From positions 4,462,159 through 4,526,158 of the forward strand of contig CAVNZM010000010.1 in the NCBI GenBank assembly GCA_963693365.1: 64,000 nucleotides of DNA. Reading direction: 5' to 3'. The notes under the pieces were generated by a model. That model had not been told where the DNA came from. It worked only from the letters and a program-made list of their open reading frames with translations, and searched no databases. Positions 1 to 35,941 of the stretch are shown one piece after another (position 1 is the stretch's first letter; every line of letters begins with the position of its first letter). Origin of the DNA: Amoebidium appalachense (taxonomy: Eukaryota > Protista > Ichthyosporea). The position numbers and the translations under genes were made by a program.

Positions 1-462
1 GCGTGCGTGCGTGCGCACGTGCGTGTGCGCGTGGTTTAATGTGTGCGTGTGCGTAAGTGTGTTCATGTGTGTGCGTGTGTGTGTTTGTGTAAAAGTGTTT
101 TGTTTCTTATAATCAAGGGTTTATTTTATTTTATTTTTTGTGGGGGAGGCGGGTGGGAGGGAGGGGGGGGATGGGGGAAGGGGGGGGGCGCCCACTAAAA
201 TCCTTTCCGCCTAGGAGTTATTTCGATGCGAGTGTGGTTGTGTGTGTGGGCGTGCGGGTGCCTGCCGGCAATTTTTTTTTTTTTTTTTTTTTTTTTTGGT
301 GGTGGTGGTGGTGGTGGTGGTGGGGGGGGGATGGTTTGGGGGGGGGGGGGGGGGGGGGGGGGGGAGGGGGGGTCGTTATGAGGCTAGGGGTTGTGGGACA
401 AGGGATAGTGGTGACGGGGGTATGGAAGACAGGATTGGCACAAGAGATTAATTTTTCACGCT

Positions 463-502
<40 letters not shown>

Positions 503-523
503 TGTGTGTATGTGTCTGTGTGT

Positions 524-621
<98 letters not shown>

Positions 622-648
622 GTGGGGGGGGGGGGGGGGGGGGCTTAC

Positions 649-7524
<6,876 letters not shown>

Positions 7525-10020
7525 ATTTTCCCTTTGTGTGAGAGGGGAAAAAAATAAGAACTGATTTGCGGTTTAGGAGACTTGGACGTGTTGACGGTCT
7601 TGTAAGGCCCTTCCACAAACTAAGTCAAACTGTCTGACTCTCCGAGCAAGTATAAGATGCTGTTACATAGAACTGTTCCCTGTTTTTTTGTTTTCCATTA
7701 TGTTACTTCACAGTTGCGATTGTTCATGGCTCCGTAGACTGTCCTTCTTTTGTGGTTGACATTAATGTAATTTTTTTTCTTTTGACTGGATTTATTCGAC
7801 GTAATTCGAGTTAGTGTAACCCCTTTCGTGTGTGCAAACACATCAGCTAGCACCAAAAAGCAACGATGCATCATATCATGTTATGCCTCAGGTTCACCTT
7901 GCCCGGGAGGACAGTATGTACGTGAAGCACGAGTTCCACGTATGTAGCAGCAACAAAGTAGGGTGGGTACTACGCAAGTGCCCATACACCCTTCCAACCT
8001 GGCACGTACTGACGGTGCCTGGGCTGCTATGAACTTGCCGTTCGCCTCACACCCATTTTTCCTTACACTCTCGCGACCGCGTGCATGCTTTCTCTCGCGG
8101 CGGCTCTACGGTCCCGAGAGTCCAGTGTTCGCTGTGTGTGTAAGGAAGAAAACGAGTCACCTCAGTAGGTGACAGCCTTCCAACAGACTTAACAGTTCAA
8201 TATGTCATTAAAAGATAATAGTATGTGACAAACCATACTATTGTATAACATAGACTTAGTTTTCAACGGTGCTCTTTATCACAACAAAGCTGTTGCACTC
8301 TTTGTGGTTTTCACCAGTTTGTCCGTAAGCCTGCTTTTGTGTTGTGAACCAATCAGCGTGATCATGTTATGACCCAGTCTATATGGACATATACTTCGGA
8401 AGGAAAAATATCACTGATATAAACAGGGTAATTTGGAGAGAAGGAAAAGAGAAAAAGAATAAGGAACTTGGAAATAAAGTAGAGCAAGCACAGAAAACCC
8501 CGTTCATACTCAGCTGGAGTGTATGCCTTTTTTTCAAGAGTGAGGGACGGTTTCGAGCTCCGACCAAACGGCACTACACCCATGGGAATTCAGTAGGAAC
8601 TTCCAACCAATCGGAAGAGTCACGTGGCTTGTTTTTGGAGCAAATCCGTGCTCGTGCACCTTCAGCAGAGGATGGCAAAACGTGTGAGATGTATGTTTGT
8701 GTTATTGCAACCATCCTTTTTTCCCCTACAAATACTTACTAATGAAGCATTTTTTCCAGCTAGGATTCATGCTTCGGCTGATTCTGAAGCATCACAAACA
8801 CCAGTGGCCAACACCTTTCAGGGTGAGTTGCCCGGAGCCCGTACACTACACAAAATTTGGTGAAGACGACATGTGTGTGATGATTTTTGTTGTTTGAGAA
8901 CAAAAAAAACCTGATGTGATCCACAGCAATAGCTTCTATGAGATATCTGTGAGCTAAGAGCCGGAAATGATCTTTCATATGTTTGTGCTTTGCTAAGAAT
9001 TCTGTTTGGAGATTGGTTAGATTAACCAGGGGCACAGCACAAAAATCTCATGCTACCTGAAACCAAGATGATACGAGGGTTTCCAACTTCCACATAGTAT
9101 CGACTCGAGAAAAATTCCAAATCCATACACAATCAGAAGATGCTTTCGAAAGGTGTAACACTCCGCATGGCCAAAGACAAGGGAGATGATTAAGGTTGTG
9201 TGTGTGTGTGTGTGTTTGGGGGGGGGGGGGGGGGGGAGTGGGGAGGAGTTGGGGGTGGGGAGAGGGGTTTGAGGGGGGGGGGGGGGGAACTTTTGAAGGG
9301 GGGGGGGGGGGGGAGGCGGCATTAGTAAGCTTTTATATTTGTCTTGGAAGAAGGTGGGGATAAGGGGGGGGGAGCCTTGGGCTCATCCTCCACGTACGAG
9401 CAGTGAGTTTTGTAACCAAGGGAGGGAACCTTCACCTGGGAAGGGGGGCCGGGGGGAGGGGGGGGGGGAGGGGGGCACTCATCCCTCCCGTTCCCATAAC
9501 TGGTCTAATATGGATTTGAGATTTCGCACATCGGATATCATAATATACTATATAAAGTTACTTAGCACCCTCATGCAACGGTTAACATGACAAATTTCAA
9601 CAACAAGTAGACATCTAAGCCTAGCCTAATGAACTGCAGTAGGCAGTACTACCTAATCATGTTCCCGGCCCAGACGGTCCTAAAGACTACCCCCCTCCCC
9701 CCCCCTCCCCCCCCCCCCCCCCCCCTCTCTCCCACCCCCTCCCCAATTCCCCTCCAGGGGGCAGATCTCTCTCTCCTCACTGTGACCTGCCTGGTCCTCT
9801 GAAAGTGAGGCATGCTTGCTTGCTCACTCATTATCATGTTGTGACCCTCCCTTCTCTCCCCCCTTTCCCCCCTCCCTCCACCCCCTCCCCTCCCTCCCCT
9901 CGATTTGCCAATGCTCCATTTCCCGCACAATCTCCTTCAACCCCCCTCCCACCATTATGTCAAGTTCACCAACTTATTCCAAATGTGCAGCAGCTTCAGC
10001 CTAAGTGGGCTAATATCATA

Positions 10021-10276
10021 TGGGGGTTTACGCTGTTTACTCGAGGCAAAGAGAGACCAGTCTCAGGTATGGGGGGGTTTTGCTCGGAATATCCCCTCAG
10101 CGGTATATCACTCACGTACATAGATGTCGGGTGATGATTATATATCAGGGTTTACTTTCTCTACGAGACACCATAAAGACTAAGAGAAATCAATTAGTTG
10201 GGGTTCCCTGTTTTTTTTTGTTTTTTTTTCTTTGTTTTTTTTTTCGGGCTCCCCTGGGGCACTCGGTATCAGCTGG

Positions 10277-10340
<64 letters not shown>

Positions 10341-10576
10341 ACGTGTGTGTGTGTGTATGTGTGTGTATGTGTGTGTGTGCGCGCTAGAATTTTGTAATGA
10401 TGTGTTTCTCAAGCCAATCAATACATCTAATAAACAGGTCGTAGTTACGCGTGTTTAGTATAATCAAGGATTTTGTAATTTTCAGGTAGGCTATCTTTCT
10501 GGGTGTCTGTTGTGAATGTGACATGTGTGTGTTGCGGTATTATGTGGTCTATCAAAGTATTATGTGGTCTATCAAA
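10021..10576 (-). mobile_element. 5'-truncated copy of the LINE at 39.5-44.3 kb (3' UTR plus end of ORF2)
   Basis: Near-identical to 39532-40016. It ends in a 20-bp tandem duplication (gtattatgtggtctatcaaa). TGGGG occurs at both 10021-10025 and 10577-10581 (candidate TSD). Confidence 0.9.
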
Positions 10577-11468
10577 TGGGGCCCCATCCTTCCATTCCAT
10601 CCCCCCCCCCCCCCCCCACCCCCCCCCCCCCCCTCTCCCGTGACAACATCTCTCCCGCCCCCTCCTGTTCTATCTCCTCCCCCTTCCCCCTTCCCCCTTC
10701 CCCCTCACCCCCCACCCCTCTCTCACCTAATGTTGCCTGCTTGACAAACCAAACACTTACCGAGACACACATCACAAGCAGAAGGCACACAGAAATTAAA
10801 CAAACACGCACACGCATACACACACACACAGTATATGTCCCACATTGACCGTCCAAAGACAAACACAAATATGTGGCCGGACCAACATAATATAGAGACA
10901 AGCGTACACTACTAGGCACACTCACGGAAGCACACATACACATTGTCATCTTGGGACACTCACGTATACATAAGCACACACACACACACGTATGTGTACA
11001 CACTCACACAGAGAGATAGAGGGACACACACACACACACACACAGACACATTTGCATGCATGCACACGCACAAACACATACGCACACACATACAAACACC
11101 ACACACACACACACACGCACGTTCGCGCGCGCAAACACAAACACACACACAGACACACACACACACACACACACACACGCACGTTCGCGCGCGCAAACAC
11201 AAACACACACACACACACACACACACGCGCGCGCGCACACACACACGCACACACGTACGCACGCAGGCGCGCGCGCGCGTACACACACACACACACACAC
11301 GCGCGCGCACACACAGACGGCAATACTAAACGTCGAAGTTAACCCATTTGAACGTATTGGAACGAATGAAGATGTTGGAGGATCATTGGGGGGATTTAAG
11401 AAAGAGGTGCACGGTGGCCGGAGGAGGAATCTGCGGCCTCCGGATTTTTTCTCTTGCTTTTCTTTCTT

Positions 11469-11516
<48 letters not shown>

Positions 11517-12149
11517 TTGGGGGGGGGGAGGGGGGGGAGGGGGGGAGAATATGTTTCTGAGTAAGAATTATACATCCATAACGAACATATGTACAATGCA
11601 CTGAAGGTGCAAACCACACATAGAGGTCCATCCGAATCCTCCTGGATTCCCCCCCCCCCCCCCCCCCCCCCCCCCTCCTCCTCCCCGACGGATAGCTTGA
11701 AGAAGGGGAATCGATGGTATGGCGGTGCCGAGTCATTCACCCATAGGACCCATGTCATGTTCCCGGATTGGCTGGAGGGAGGGGCCAATAACAATAAAAG
11801 TGTAATAACCCCCATGTGCTGAGGTCGTGGTGAAAATAACAGTGGGTCCGACGTCGAGTATATATATGTAGCTATCCTGAGCCGGTTTGTCCACGCGGGT
11901 GTCTTCGGGCTCATTCGAACATGACTTGGGGGGCACGGGGAGGCAGTGGAGAACCGCTCAATCTTCCCTGGTTCCGCAGCAATGCGGGAACATGACATGG
12001 GCCTTATGAATACTATTATATGTACGTAAGCAGATGCAGATAGATACATCACCTTATGTTTATTATGGTCATCTGCTACGAAGGCCTCGCACGGTTGTTT
12101 AAGCAAAAACCGAAACAAGACGACAAAACAAAGCAAACAGGGAAGGGCA

Positions 12150-12321
<172 letters not shown>

Positions 12322-12909
12322 AGAAGAAGAAGAAGAAAAAAAGATAGAAAGCAAACAAGAAAGCAAGCATGCAACGTTGAGGAAGAAACACTACAAATGT
12401 TGATTAGTAGGTTGTGTGTACTTTAAATTTGTGTGTAACATGGGTGCGCATGTATTGAAACAGTCTGTGAAAGCTGAGCAAGTTAGACAACCCTAAACCT
12501 TAGACTAGATATCACCGGTGTGGAAAAGTCAATGGTGGCGAATAAAATAAAGGGAACACAACACCCCACATAGCTACTACACAGACACAAACTTGCGAGC
12601 CCGGGCCCGCAAGGGCACCACCAGCCGTCGACTAGGAGGAAACATCAGAAGCCGAAATCAATACTGCGGCCTTGAATTCGAAGAAGGGACCATTGTGCTA
12701 GCTAAGCGACTAGCTAGAAAACGCCATTATTATCATTATGATATGTTATCTGCCAAGGACCGTTTAAATTATCACGGACTGTGGCACAAACATACATCAC
12801 TAAGGACTTGCGTATGCAGGTAATTTACGGAAGAATGTCACGGTTGAAATGCGTGTTTTGTGTTGTGGGTGTAAAAAGCGGCACATCCGTGCGTGCAGAA
12901 GAGGCTCTA

Positions 12910-12954
<45 letters not shown>

Positions 12955-12989
12955 TGACCATTGGGGGGGGGGGGGGGGGGGGTTGACCA

Positions 12990-13021
<32 letters not shown>

Positions 13022-13649
13022 AAATGGGTGTGCACGTATGCGAAAAGTGGTGGTTCGAATTCCGTCACTGTGTTGCAGACGTTCAATGTAGAAGTGAAAG
13101 TGTACACGTATCATCGGGCAAGTGGAGTAAAGAGGAACCTGGCACGAACTGTTCGCGGTGCGCTCATGACCACGGCCATCTAGAAACACCATGGCCGTGG
13201 CTCATGACGAAGCTTCAGTTCAGATTCAGAACACACAGTAATCTGGAGCAACACGTTCCACTTCCAGCAAGCCCAGTACCGCGGAGCCACGTGGGGTTGG
13301 TGAGATAATCACCCTATACTAGCAGATCTTCACATTTGTAACGGTGGGGGTTCATGTTCATTGATTTTCGTTATAATAGTATTGATTTGAAAATTTTGAA
13401 TCAATGATGTTTGTTTGCATTTTAAGGTATGAGCGCCTTTACAGCTCCCGAGTCCCGATTTCATGTTCGGCATTTAAATTTTACAGTATTAAATCTTATT
13501 ATTATGCTTTTTTAAACATTTTATAGCAAATGTTTATGTAGACATAAAACAATTGGATTTCTATGAAAAGTGCCCTGGCATCATGGTTACTAGTAAGTTA
13601 GGTAAGTTAAGAAAAAAAAATAAAAAGTTGAGTGGAGCGTATACTTGAA

Positions 13650-16002
13650 GAACCCCACTTGTGCGAGGCTTACTTCATTAATATTCCCAGGATCAGGCGT
13701 GTAGGATTGGTCCTCCTTAGAAAGCCTCCGATGATTGGCCAGTGTTTATCTATCGGTGAGCCATCTGTCCCACAAATTGATTGGATACTTTGCTCATTCA
13801 CAGAATGTTGCATTTGATCTACATGATATTGCACGAATCTTTACACTGCGATAGGCTCAGCGCAGCCAGAGTACTCTAGAGAGGATCTTGAATTACGAGT
13901 GTTCAAAAGCCATCATCGCCTACTACAGTACAATTCCCCTAATTCGGAACACCCCTTAATTCGGAACACCCCCCATCGGAGCGTCTCGATGGACATAAAA
14001 ACCTATAAATATGACAGTATTTTTGCATGGTTGGGTAGGGGAGTACTAGCCCTACACGTAGGTACCAAGAACAGGTGGTTCTATATAAGAGTGGTTCCTG
14101 GCAGCGCCGATGCCGGCGGATTCTGTTGGATTCAGCAAGCAACATTAATAGAAACACAAGGCTTGCAAAGGAAGAAAATCTTTTTAGCACTTAACATCTA
14201 CTGGTATAAATGCATAACTAAGAAATATACGTTGTGAAGAACGTTTGGTATCATGAAACATGGGTAGTAGCTCCCCTTCCTAACAAGGTGTTGAAAGTTG
14301 AGAGTACTAGACCGTGAGGGGCCGGACGGGGGCACGATCAAATTTTCAGGCCGGAGCCGGCGCCGCCGGCCTGCCGTAGGTTTACTGTAGTGATCTTCAA
14401 GTTCAACACCTTGTTAGGTACTCGAAAAAGTAGAGCTACCACATAAAGTAAATAATAAAAAACATTATTAGTTATAATTATTTTCTAATTGTGCAGTTAT
14501 ATTAGTATATATGAAGTGCTACAACGCATTTCTTTCATTGCAAACGTTGTTCGCTTTTTGAAGATCCCCCCAAAATGGAACACTGATTTGCCTCAATAAG
14601 GGTGATTTTATTATTATACGAATTCCAATCTAATGGGGTCCATCGGAATGGAAGGTGTTCCGAATTAGGTGCGCAGCGGCGATGAGGCATATTATGGGTC
14701 GACCACAATTGTTACTAATAAAAAACATGTAAAACATAATGAACTTGTAGAATAAACGCTAAATATCAATTATATATGTTATTTTCTTCGTTATCATAAT
14801 TTGTTTTTGCATGTTTCATATCAAAAATAGCGTGTTTTGATCACGCAAAAGTAGGTACCTCTTAGGTGTTCCGAATTAGGGGAATTTACTGTACTAACCA
14901 TAAAAAAGCCTTCAAATTAATATGCGCCTTGGTCTATTATGAATTGTAGTTCCAAATGATGTTCGAACCGGGTGTTCCGGCGATCTACAATGTAAGTGTG
15001 TGCCCATTAACAGCAAAGGTACTTATATCGTATGGTCAGACCAATCACAGAAGCTTCTTCTTACCCCCAGTACCTACAGATTAGGTCATGGCAACCGTGG
15101 ATCTTTTTGGCAATTTCATCTTTGATCACGATGTCCAGCGATTGATGGGTTTTTAAGATATCCTTTTCTCCGACCTCGTTGTTATATTTATGTAGCTTTT
15201 ATTTTTACAATGGAATAATTTTCGGTTAAGACAAAAAAAAGATGTTTGTATAAATTTCGGCCGGAAATTTCATGTTTAAATTTGCTGCGCCGATGATGCA
15301 TATGGGATCGGCCGGACACCTTACGCTCAGGTTAGCAATGGACCTACGAGCGCATTTTTTTTTTTGGACAACATGTTGGTTCAGTTATTGGTCTTTTTGG
15401 AAACAGGAGCTTTTAAGTAGCTATCAAGGCTATTTTTTCTTTACTAATTCTAGTCATTCTAACCGATGGCAGCCTTCGCCAAATGAACAACCACAGAAAC
15501 ATGAGGGGGCTCAAAACCACCTGGAGTATAGGGGGTCGTCTTTCTGTTTGTGCCACAGTCGTGGACACACACTGTGACGATATCCTCGTTCAACGCTCTA
15601 TTGTAGATCTGCTCAGTAATTTCGATGCAGCGTATACTTTATTTGTAATCTAAGAGCCTCTTATTTCTTTCCCAACAAAATACAACTCATCTAAACACAT
15701 ATTTATATTCCTAACACAGTGGCTTCAACGAGAAAAAAAAAATGATATCATTATTATGCATTATATAGAAATCTCCCTGCATTACATTTAAATAATGGAA
15801 ATCAGGAAAACTGACAAAAACGTACAGATGGGTATCGTGATGTGTTCGAAAATATACCATCGAGGAAAAAGCTGTTGTGCAAGATCATAGGCATGCAACT
15901 TGTTGTGGAGCAGGCCAACAGTTTTTCCATGTTTGAGTTTTCTGGCTGCCGAGTCCCTTCAACCAGCCCCCTAAAAAGGGAAGGCGGTTCAAGGGCCAAC
16001 AT
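13650..16002 (-). pseudogene. Possible decayed multi-exon gene interrupted by the MITE
   Basis: Protein-like pieces end at GT donors (MLALEPPSLFRG...SRYPS|gtacgt; DILKTHQSLDIVIKDEIAKKIHGCHDLICRYWG|gtaaga; YTPDPGNINE|gtaagc) and carry several in-frame stops. No family recognised. Confidence 0.25.
13926..14891. mobile_element. Non-autonomous Tc1/mariner-type (pogo/Tigger-like) MITE
   Basis: TA|CAGTACAATTCCCCTAATTCGGAACACC ... GGTGTTCCGAATTAGGGGAATTTACTG|TA gives TIRs of about 27 bp with CAGT termini and a TA TSD. Subterminal TIR-core repeats lie near 13957 and 14654. No transposase ORF. Confidence 0.88.
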
Positions 16003-16188
16003 GCTAGAGTTTAGAGCCGAGAAAAATATTCACATATAAATATATCTGGTAGCTGAACTCTAAACGCAAAGGCAGGCGCTTTTTCCCCTGCGTATTCCGC
16101 TATTCTTTATAGCTGCCACCTCTTAGTTCCAGATGTCAGGCACAGGTTTTTATTCCCTCGCCATCAAGTCACCCAAGTTGTTACGAAA

Positions 16189-17980
16189 ATGATTCTCCCG
16201 GACTTGGTGATACCCGAGCAGATTATTCACACAGAGGCTAGCACGCTTACACCCCCACCCTCCCCACACGACGAGGAGCAACCGGTTATCACCGAATCAG
16301 TGCCTCCTTCCCCTGCCCAAAAATTAAAGGAAACAATTAGCCAGCTGTTGGGAAAGCGCACGCTTTCCCAGCTGGTTCTTGGCACAAACCCACGCCCCGT
16401 TGTTTTGCCACAACAATCGCAACGATCGAACAATCACGTCGATAGCGAGGAGGCGAAAGTTGACCTGGCACCTCGGTCGGCAACCGTGTGTGGGCCAATA
16501 ACCTCTCGTCTGAACGTCAGCCGCCGCGACATTACACCGTTCAATGCCTCATTCACAGCATGTGATTTCTTGGTTTCACGACGGGAGCTCTCCGCCCCGC
16601 AGCCCATCTTCGCTGCTTCGAGCGCGACGGGAACCGCCCCGTCAGCGGTTGCAGTCTCCGGCGCACAGAGCCCAGCAGCCCAACGCCCCGCCGGACTGTC
16701 AGATTCCTTCCGCGATATTTTTCTGGAAACACACAGCCTACAACACGCACAGCAGCTCCTAGACAAGGACATCTTGCGGGCGGCCGGCACGGGGAAGGTT
16801 CACGCACTTGCGCGTCTGTTGGAGAGCCCATATGCCAACCCCAACTGTAGCACAACGCATCGCATGACACCGCTTCACTATGCAGCCGCAAAGGGGTATT
16901 TCGAAGTTGCGGAGTTGTTGCTCCAGGCAGGCGCAGACCCCTGGGCCCAGACGGTGTTGAAGAAAACACCGCTCGATTTGGCCATGGCGGGAGGCCATGA
17001 GAGCGTGGTGTCGTTGTTGAAGCTGTATGCAAAGAGTAGGACGGTGGAGAAGGACGAGGTGCTCCTAACGCAAGCCATGCAAGGCAAAACACTCGCTGGA
17101 CGTACCGGCGGCCGCGGGGCTGGGTTGCTGCATGCGCAGCAGCAGAGTGCGGCAAGTAGAGTTGTGGCCTTTCAGAAAAAGCCGGCAGAAAGGGCAATGT
17201 CCCTGACGGAGTACCTCCTTGTTAGTGTTGACACGGACGAGGTCGAGGGACCGTTCTACTCTCGCTACCAGACGTATGCTGTGAGCGTGCGTGCCAATCA
17301 CCCGCTGTTTGGGGAGAGAAATTTCACGGTCAAGCGCAGGTTTAGAGACCTTGTGGCCTTTTACGAAAGTTTGGTGAATACATTTCGGGCCCAGGGTAGA
17401 GATAAGATCCGCGACACGGAAATGCACAGAGAGCTTGTGCTTTGGAGACCACGGAAACTGCTTTTCGGCAGCACGGCACCAACAACGGTGAGTGCATTGG
17501 TGTCTCGTGTAGTGTGCATGGTAACTTGGTGCTCCCTGATGGTTATGTTGCTCTCGCCTGCAATAGCACCTTTATTTTGTTCTCCTAGTGGTTGACAAAG
17601 AATAAGGGAGACAGAAACTCGTATCTAACATGAGCAATGTACCGCAGTGCAATTTTGAAAGTGTCTTTTAATAGCTTGAATGTGCATACCCATAAAGACA
17701 CTCGAGGTAGGATGGTGATATGTCACTCATGAATATTGTTTGTTTGTGGTGCATTGAAGTTTGCCTGATGTGCGTGATTATGTAGCTTGTTTCATAAGGT
17801 GTGTTGCATTGTGCTCTATGCAGGATACCGAATTATACGCCCAGACGAAACACACAGACACACTAATCTTACACTGGTATGCAGGTGGAGCAGCGCCGCA
17901 ACGCCTTTGAGCATCTGCTGCGTCTGGCTGCCAGCGATAGGGCCCTAATCCACCTGGTCATCAATTTCCTGAGCCCGTGA
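16189..17980 (+). CDS. Ankyrin-repeat plus C-terminal PX (phox homology) domain protein, 2 exons
   Basis: Exon 1 is 16189-17487 (donor gtgagt); exon 2 is 17885-17980 (ends TGA). Ankyrin motifs are TPLHYAAAKGYFEVAELLLQAGADP and KTPLDLAMAGGHESVVSLL. PX motifs are YQTYAVSV, VKRRFRDLVAFYESL and PRKLLFGS, and after splicing VEQRRNAFEHLLR...VINFL. Confidence 0.88.
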
Positions 17981-19227
17981 TGGTGGTAACACTGCATGAA
18001 ATATTGAAACCCTACATTTCCTCGGTAACACAGATGTAGATTCACCCTGAATATACAGTCGAATTGGATTATATTTAGTGTTGGTTGTTTTTTTTTTGTT
18101 TTTTTTTGTTTTTTTTTGTTCAACGGTGACATTTGTATGGCTAAGATAGATTGAGCACGTACGAAACGGTTGGAGTGGTGATGAGTTATTGGTGTTGCTG
18201 AAGAAGACTTGGTGTTTGCAGTGCAGTTGATCACAAATTTGATGCATTCTGCATGTACAGTGGTATTTTTTGAAAATGTTCTTAAACGTTAGCTTGTAGA
18301 TTATGTATTTACCGTAGCACTGTATTTAGGAACTTAGAAAGTTTGTCCTTAAACATTTTTAGCATATCACAACATACATATCACCTGGTTGTGTGCCTGT
18401 ACTTGTGTGAGCGGATTGCACACAGTGATGAAATGACAGTGAAGTATTGCTGCCAGATATTGTATTGAATCAACAGATTATGTATTTAGGTTAATGGTTC
18501 TGTATGAAACCATCGAGCAACGCCAGCGTGGCCTCTTTATATTCTTCCAATGATTTATTATTACCAATGGCATGCCAGATATCGTGTAACGGCTTAACGG
18601 TGTGGCCCCCGGTTTCCCCCTCTCCCGGCTAGCTTAACATGCACGCCGCCACCATATCATTTACGCCTCTTCAGCGACTTCGGTTGACATCAACAATGCA
18701 GACTTAATACCAGACATCCCGCATAGTCAGCGTATACATATATTCCCAAACGCATAGTAGTATACACATAGTAGCATAGCCAAACACAAGAACACAACCA
18801 CATCGATATGATGTGCATTGATCCCAAAACCACACACGTTTGCAAGCACATGCACTAACGTTGAACGGCATATTGGAGCCACAACGAACAAACAGTGTGC
18901 ATGTGCACCAAATGCATCCCCCCCCCCCCCTCCCCCCCCCCCCCTTTCTCCCCCTCCCCCACTGCCCCCTCTCCTTCCACCCTGCCCCCGAGGCTCTCTC
19001 GTAGTCTCCCTCTCTACCTCTCTGTAGACTCCCCCCTCAACTCTCTCCGCCTCGCTCCGTTTCTCGCTCTGTCGGACACACATATATACACACACATCCA
19101 CGCACTGGCCAGCTCCCCGACCTTCCCTCCGCAGGACTCCCTCTCTCCCTGAGGCACAGCTCGGGCTCGACTCACTGACACACACACAAACACACACACA
19201 TACATACACGCACACACTAGATGTCGC

Positions 19228-19745
<518 letters not shown>

Positions 19746-20257
19746 GTAGTTTCTGGTAGTTTGGAAATAGAGCACAGTTGTCCAAGTCTTGAGCGTTCTG
19801 GCTTGCTATGGGTTTGAATCGCGGGATGCGCAAACACCCTCTAGCACTGGTGAGTCAGTGACTTGCAGGCTTGCCAAATATGGCACAATCGGAAATACGT
19901 GATTGGCTAACCGCACATTCTTTGGGCAGCACCATTCTTTGGTGAGCCGCGCTTCAGAAAAGCAGGCAACTTCGGCTAACTTCGGGTGTTTGTTTGACAT
20001 AGGTCTGTATTTCATTTCGGTAGATCATAGGGCGACTCGGCTGGATAACTCATTGTAACCTCTAATAAATAGAAATAGACAGAACGAGATCTTTATTCAA
20101 AAGAACTATTATAATACCAGTTCAAAAAGTGGATTATGTGTTGTGTGGTGACGAGCAATCAACCACTTGATTAAGTATGCCATCAAACCAGAAAACCTTT
20201 TGTTAGACGGCCCTCATTTACATGTTGGTTCGTTAAAGGTTTTTGGTGGTGAATGAA

Positions 20258-34428
<14,171 letters not shown>

Positions 34429-35903
34429 GGAGGCCATTCACGAGGTATCCCTCACTTCATGCTTCCTCGATATTGTCGTACCCCACCATGCCCTCATGCT
34501 CGAGATACTGCAGGCCAGGATCCCGGGCACACTGCATTGGGCGGGACATTAATGAGGTGTCCCTCACTACATGCCTCCTCGATAGTGTCGTATCCCACCA
34601 TACGCTCAAGCCCGAGATACTCCAGGCCAGTCAACATCAGTAATTTCCGAATGTACGTATGAAGGGCATCATCTGCATAACTATTTATTTTAATACCATG
34701 GCATGACATTCATCCTTTTCATCGGATTTGAAAAGCACAAGATTTATATCGTATGTTTCTAATTTACACTATGGGGTGGAAAGGAACAAAAGAGAAACGC
34801 TACTACTTTTTTAGGGCTACGCAATTGATTTGACCAGATGGAATCAAGGAGGCTGGCTGACTGACCAATCGCGTGCCTAGCTCAGCGCTAGCGCTGGGCT
34901 AAATTTGCCCATCGCGCTGTCTACAAGGCACTACAAAAACTTTTTTATTAGGCACCCAAAGCCTGTTTGCTAATAGGAAAAATGCATTATATGTACTTCA
35001 AATTACTTTCGAATAGTGTGTAACCTCGATAGTAGCTCTAAGGCCAACTTTTGACCAAGTCGCCGTCATATATACATACATCATTGATTATGATCATGAG
35101 CACATTGGCTGCTATGCCGTTGACCAATAGGAACTCGCTAAAAAAGTAGTAGATTTCTATTGTGTTCCTTTCCAACCCATAGCTCATTTCCATTAGGCGT
35201 TTTGGTGCACAAAGGAGCCTGGAGCGTTTGTGCATGACTACTTGACAGTAATTCGTAGTACAGTAGTGGCAACAATACACACGGAAGTGTTGACATGATC
35301 ATGATTGAATGCTAGTGATACCTCTTACTGGACAAGTTAGATCTATAGACGGTGTTCAACTTCTAACTCCCCCCGGAGCATGTACCTATTATTAGCTATC
35401 ATTAATCGTCACAATATAGGCTTGGTTTAACAAGCTTAGCAAATATATGTATGAATGCAACGTTCAGTACCCACCAGGTTATTTACTTATGCCACGAGGA
35501 GCCTTCGTGTTGGCCATACACCAGTAAAACACAAATTGACAACCTTATCGAAACTTGCCTGCACACTGCTGGAATTCATCCCCTTCTCTCGAGCTCTTCA
35601 ACTCTTCCGACGCCTCCACGCCGGTTGTCTCGACGGTCCCCAGGTGTAAGGGATACACACGTACACACCGACTCACCATAGCACGAGAAGCCACGAGTCG
35701 GACCACACATTGTATTGGGTTTGCAGCATGTACATGGAAAGCACTAGATTCTTAGTACTACCAACATTTACATGCGCAATGTACTTTTTGCATTTTAACC
35801 TGCTTGTTTATGTGTGTAATTTCGCCACCCAGAGCCCGCGCGTGTAACCATGTCTTACGTCACACCCCCCAAAAAAAACTGATCCCGGCCGGCTGAGTTC
35901 GAG

Positions 35904-35941
<38 letters not shown>

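Noticed and set aside
8383-12100. Plus-strand gene made of exon-like pieces (8383-8897, 11317-11406, 11624-12020)
   Set aside because: Phases could not be reconciled, there are several stops, and no domain was recognised.
12592-12635. Helitron 3' end (palindrome followed by CTAG)
   Set aside because: The spacing is long, CTAG is followed by G rather than T, and there is no 5' end or second copy.
13047-13070. tRNA or tRNA-derived SINE (GGTTCGAATTCC B-box)
   Set aside because: No cloverleaf or A-box could be built.
34878-34901. 24-bp near-perfect palindrome beside a CCAAT box
   Set aside because: Single occurrence with no associated gene or element boundary.
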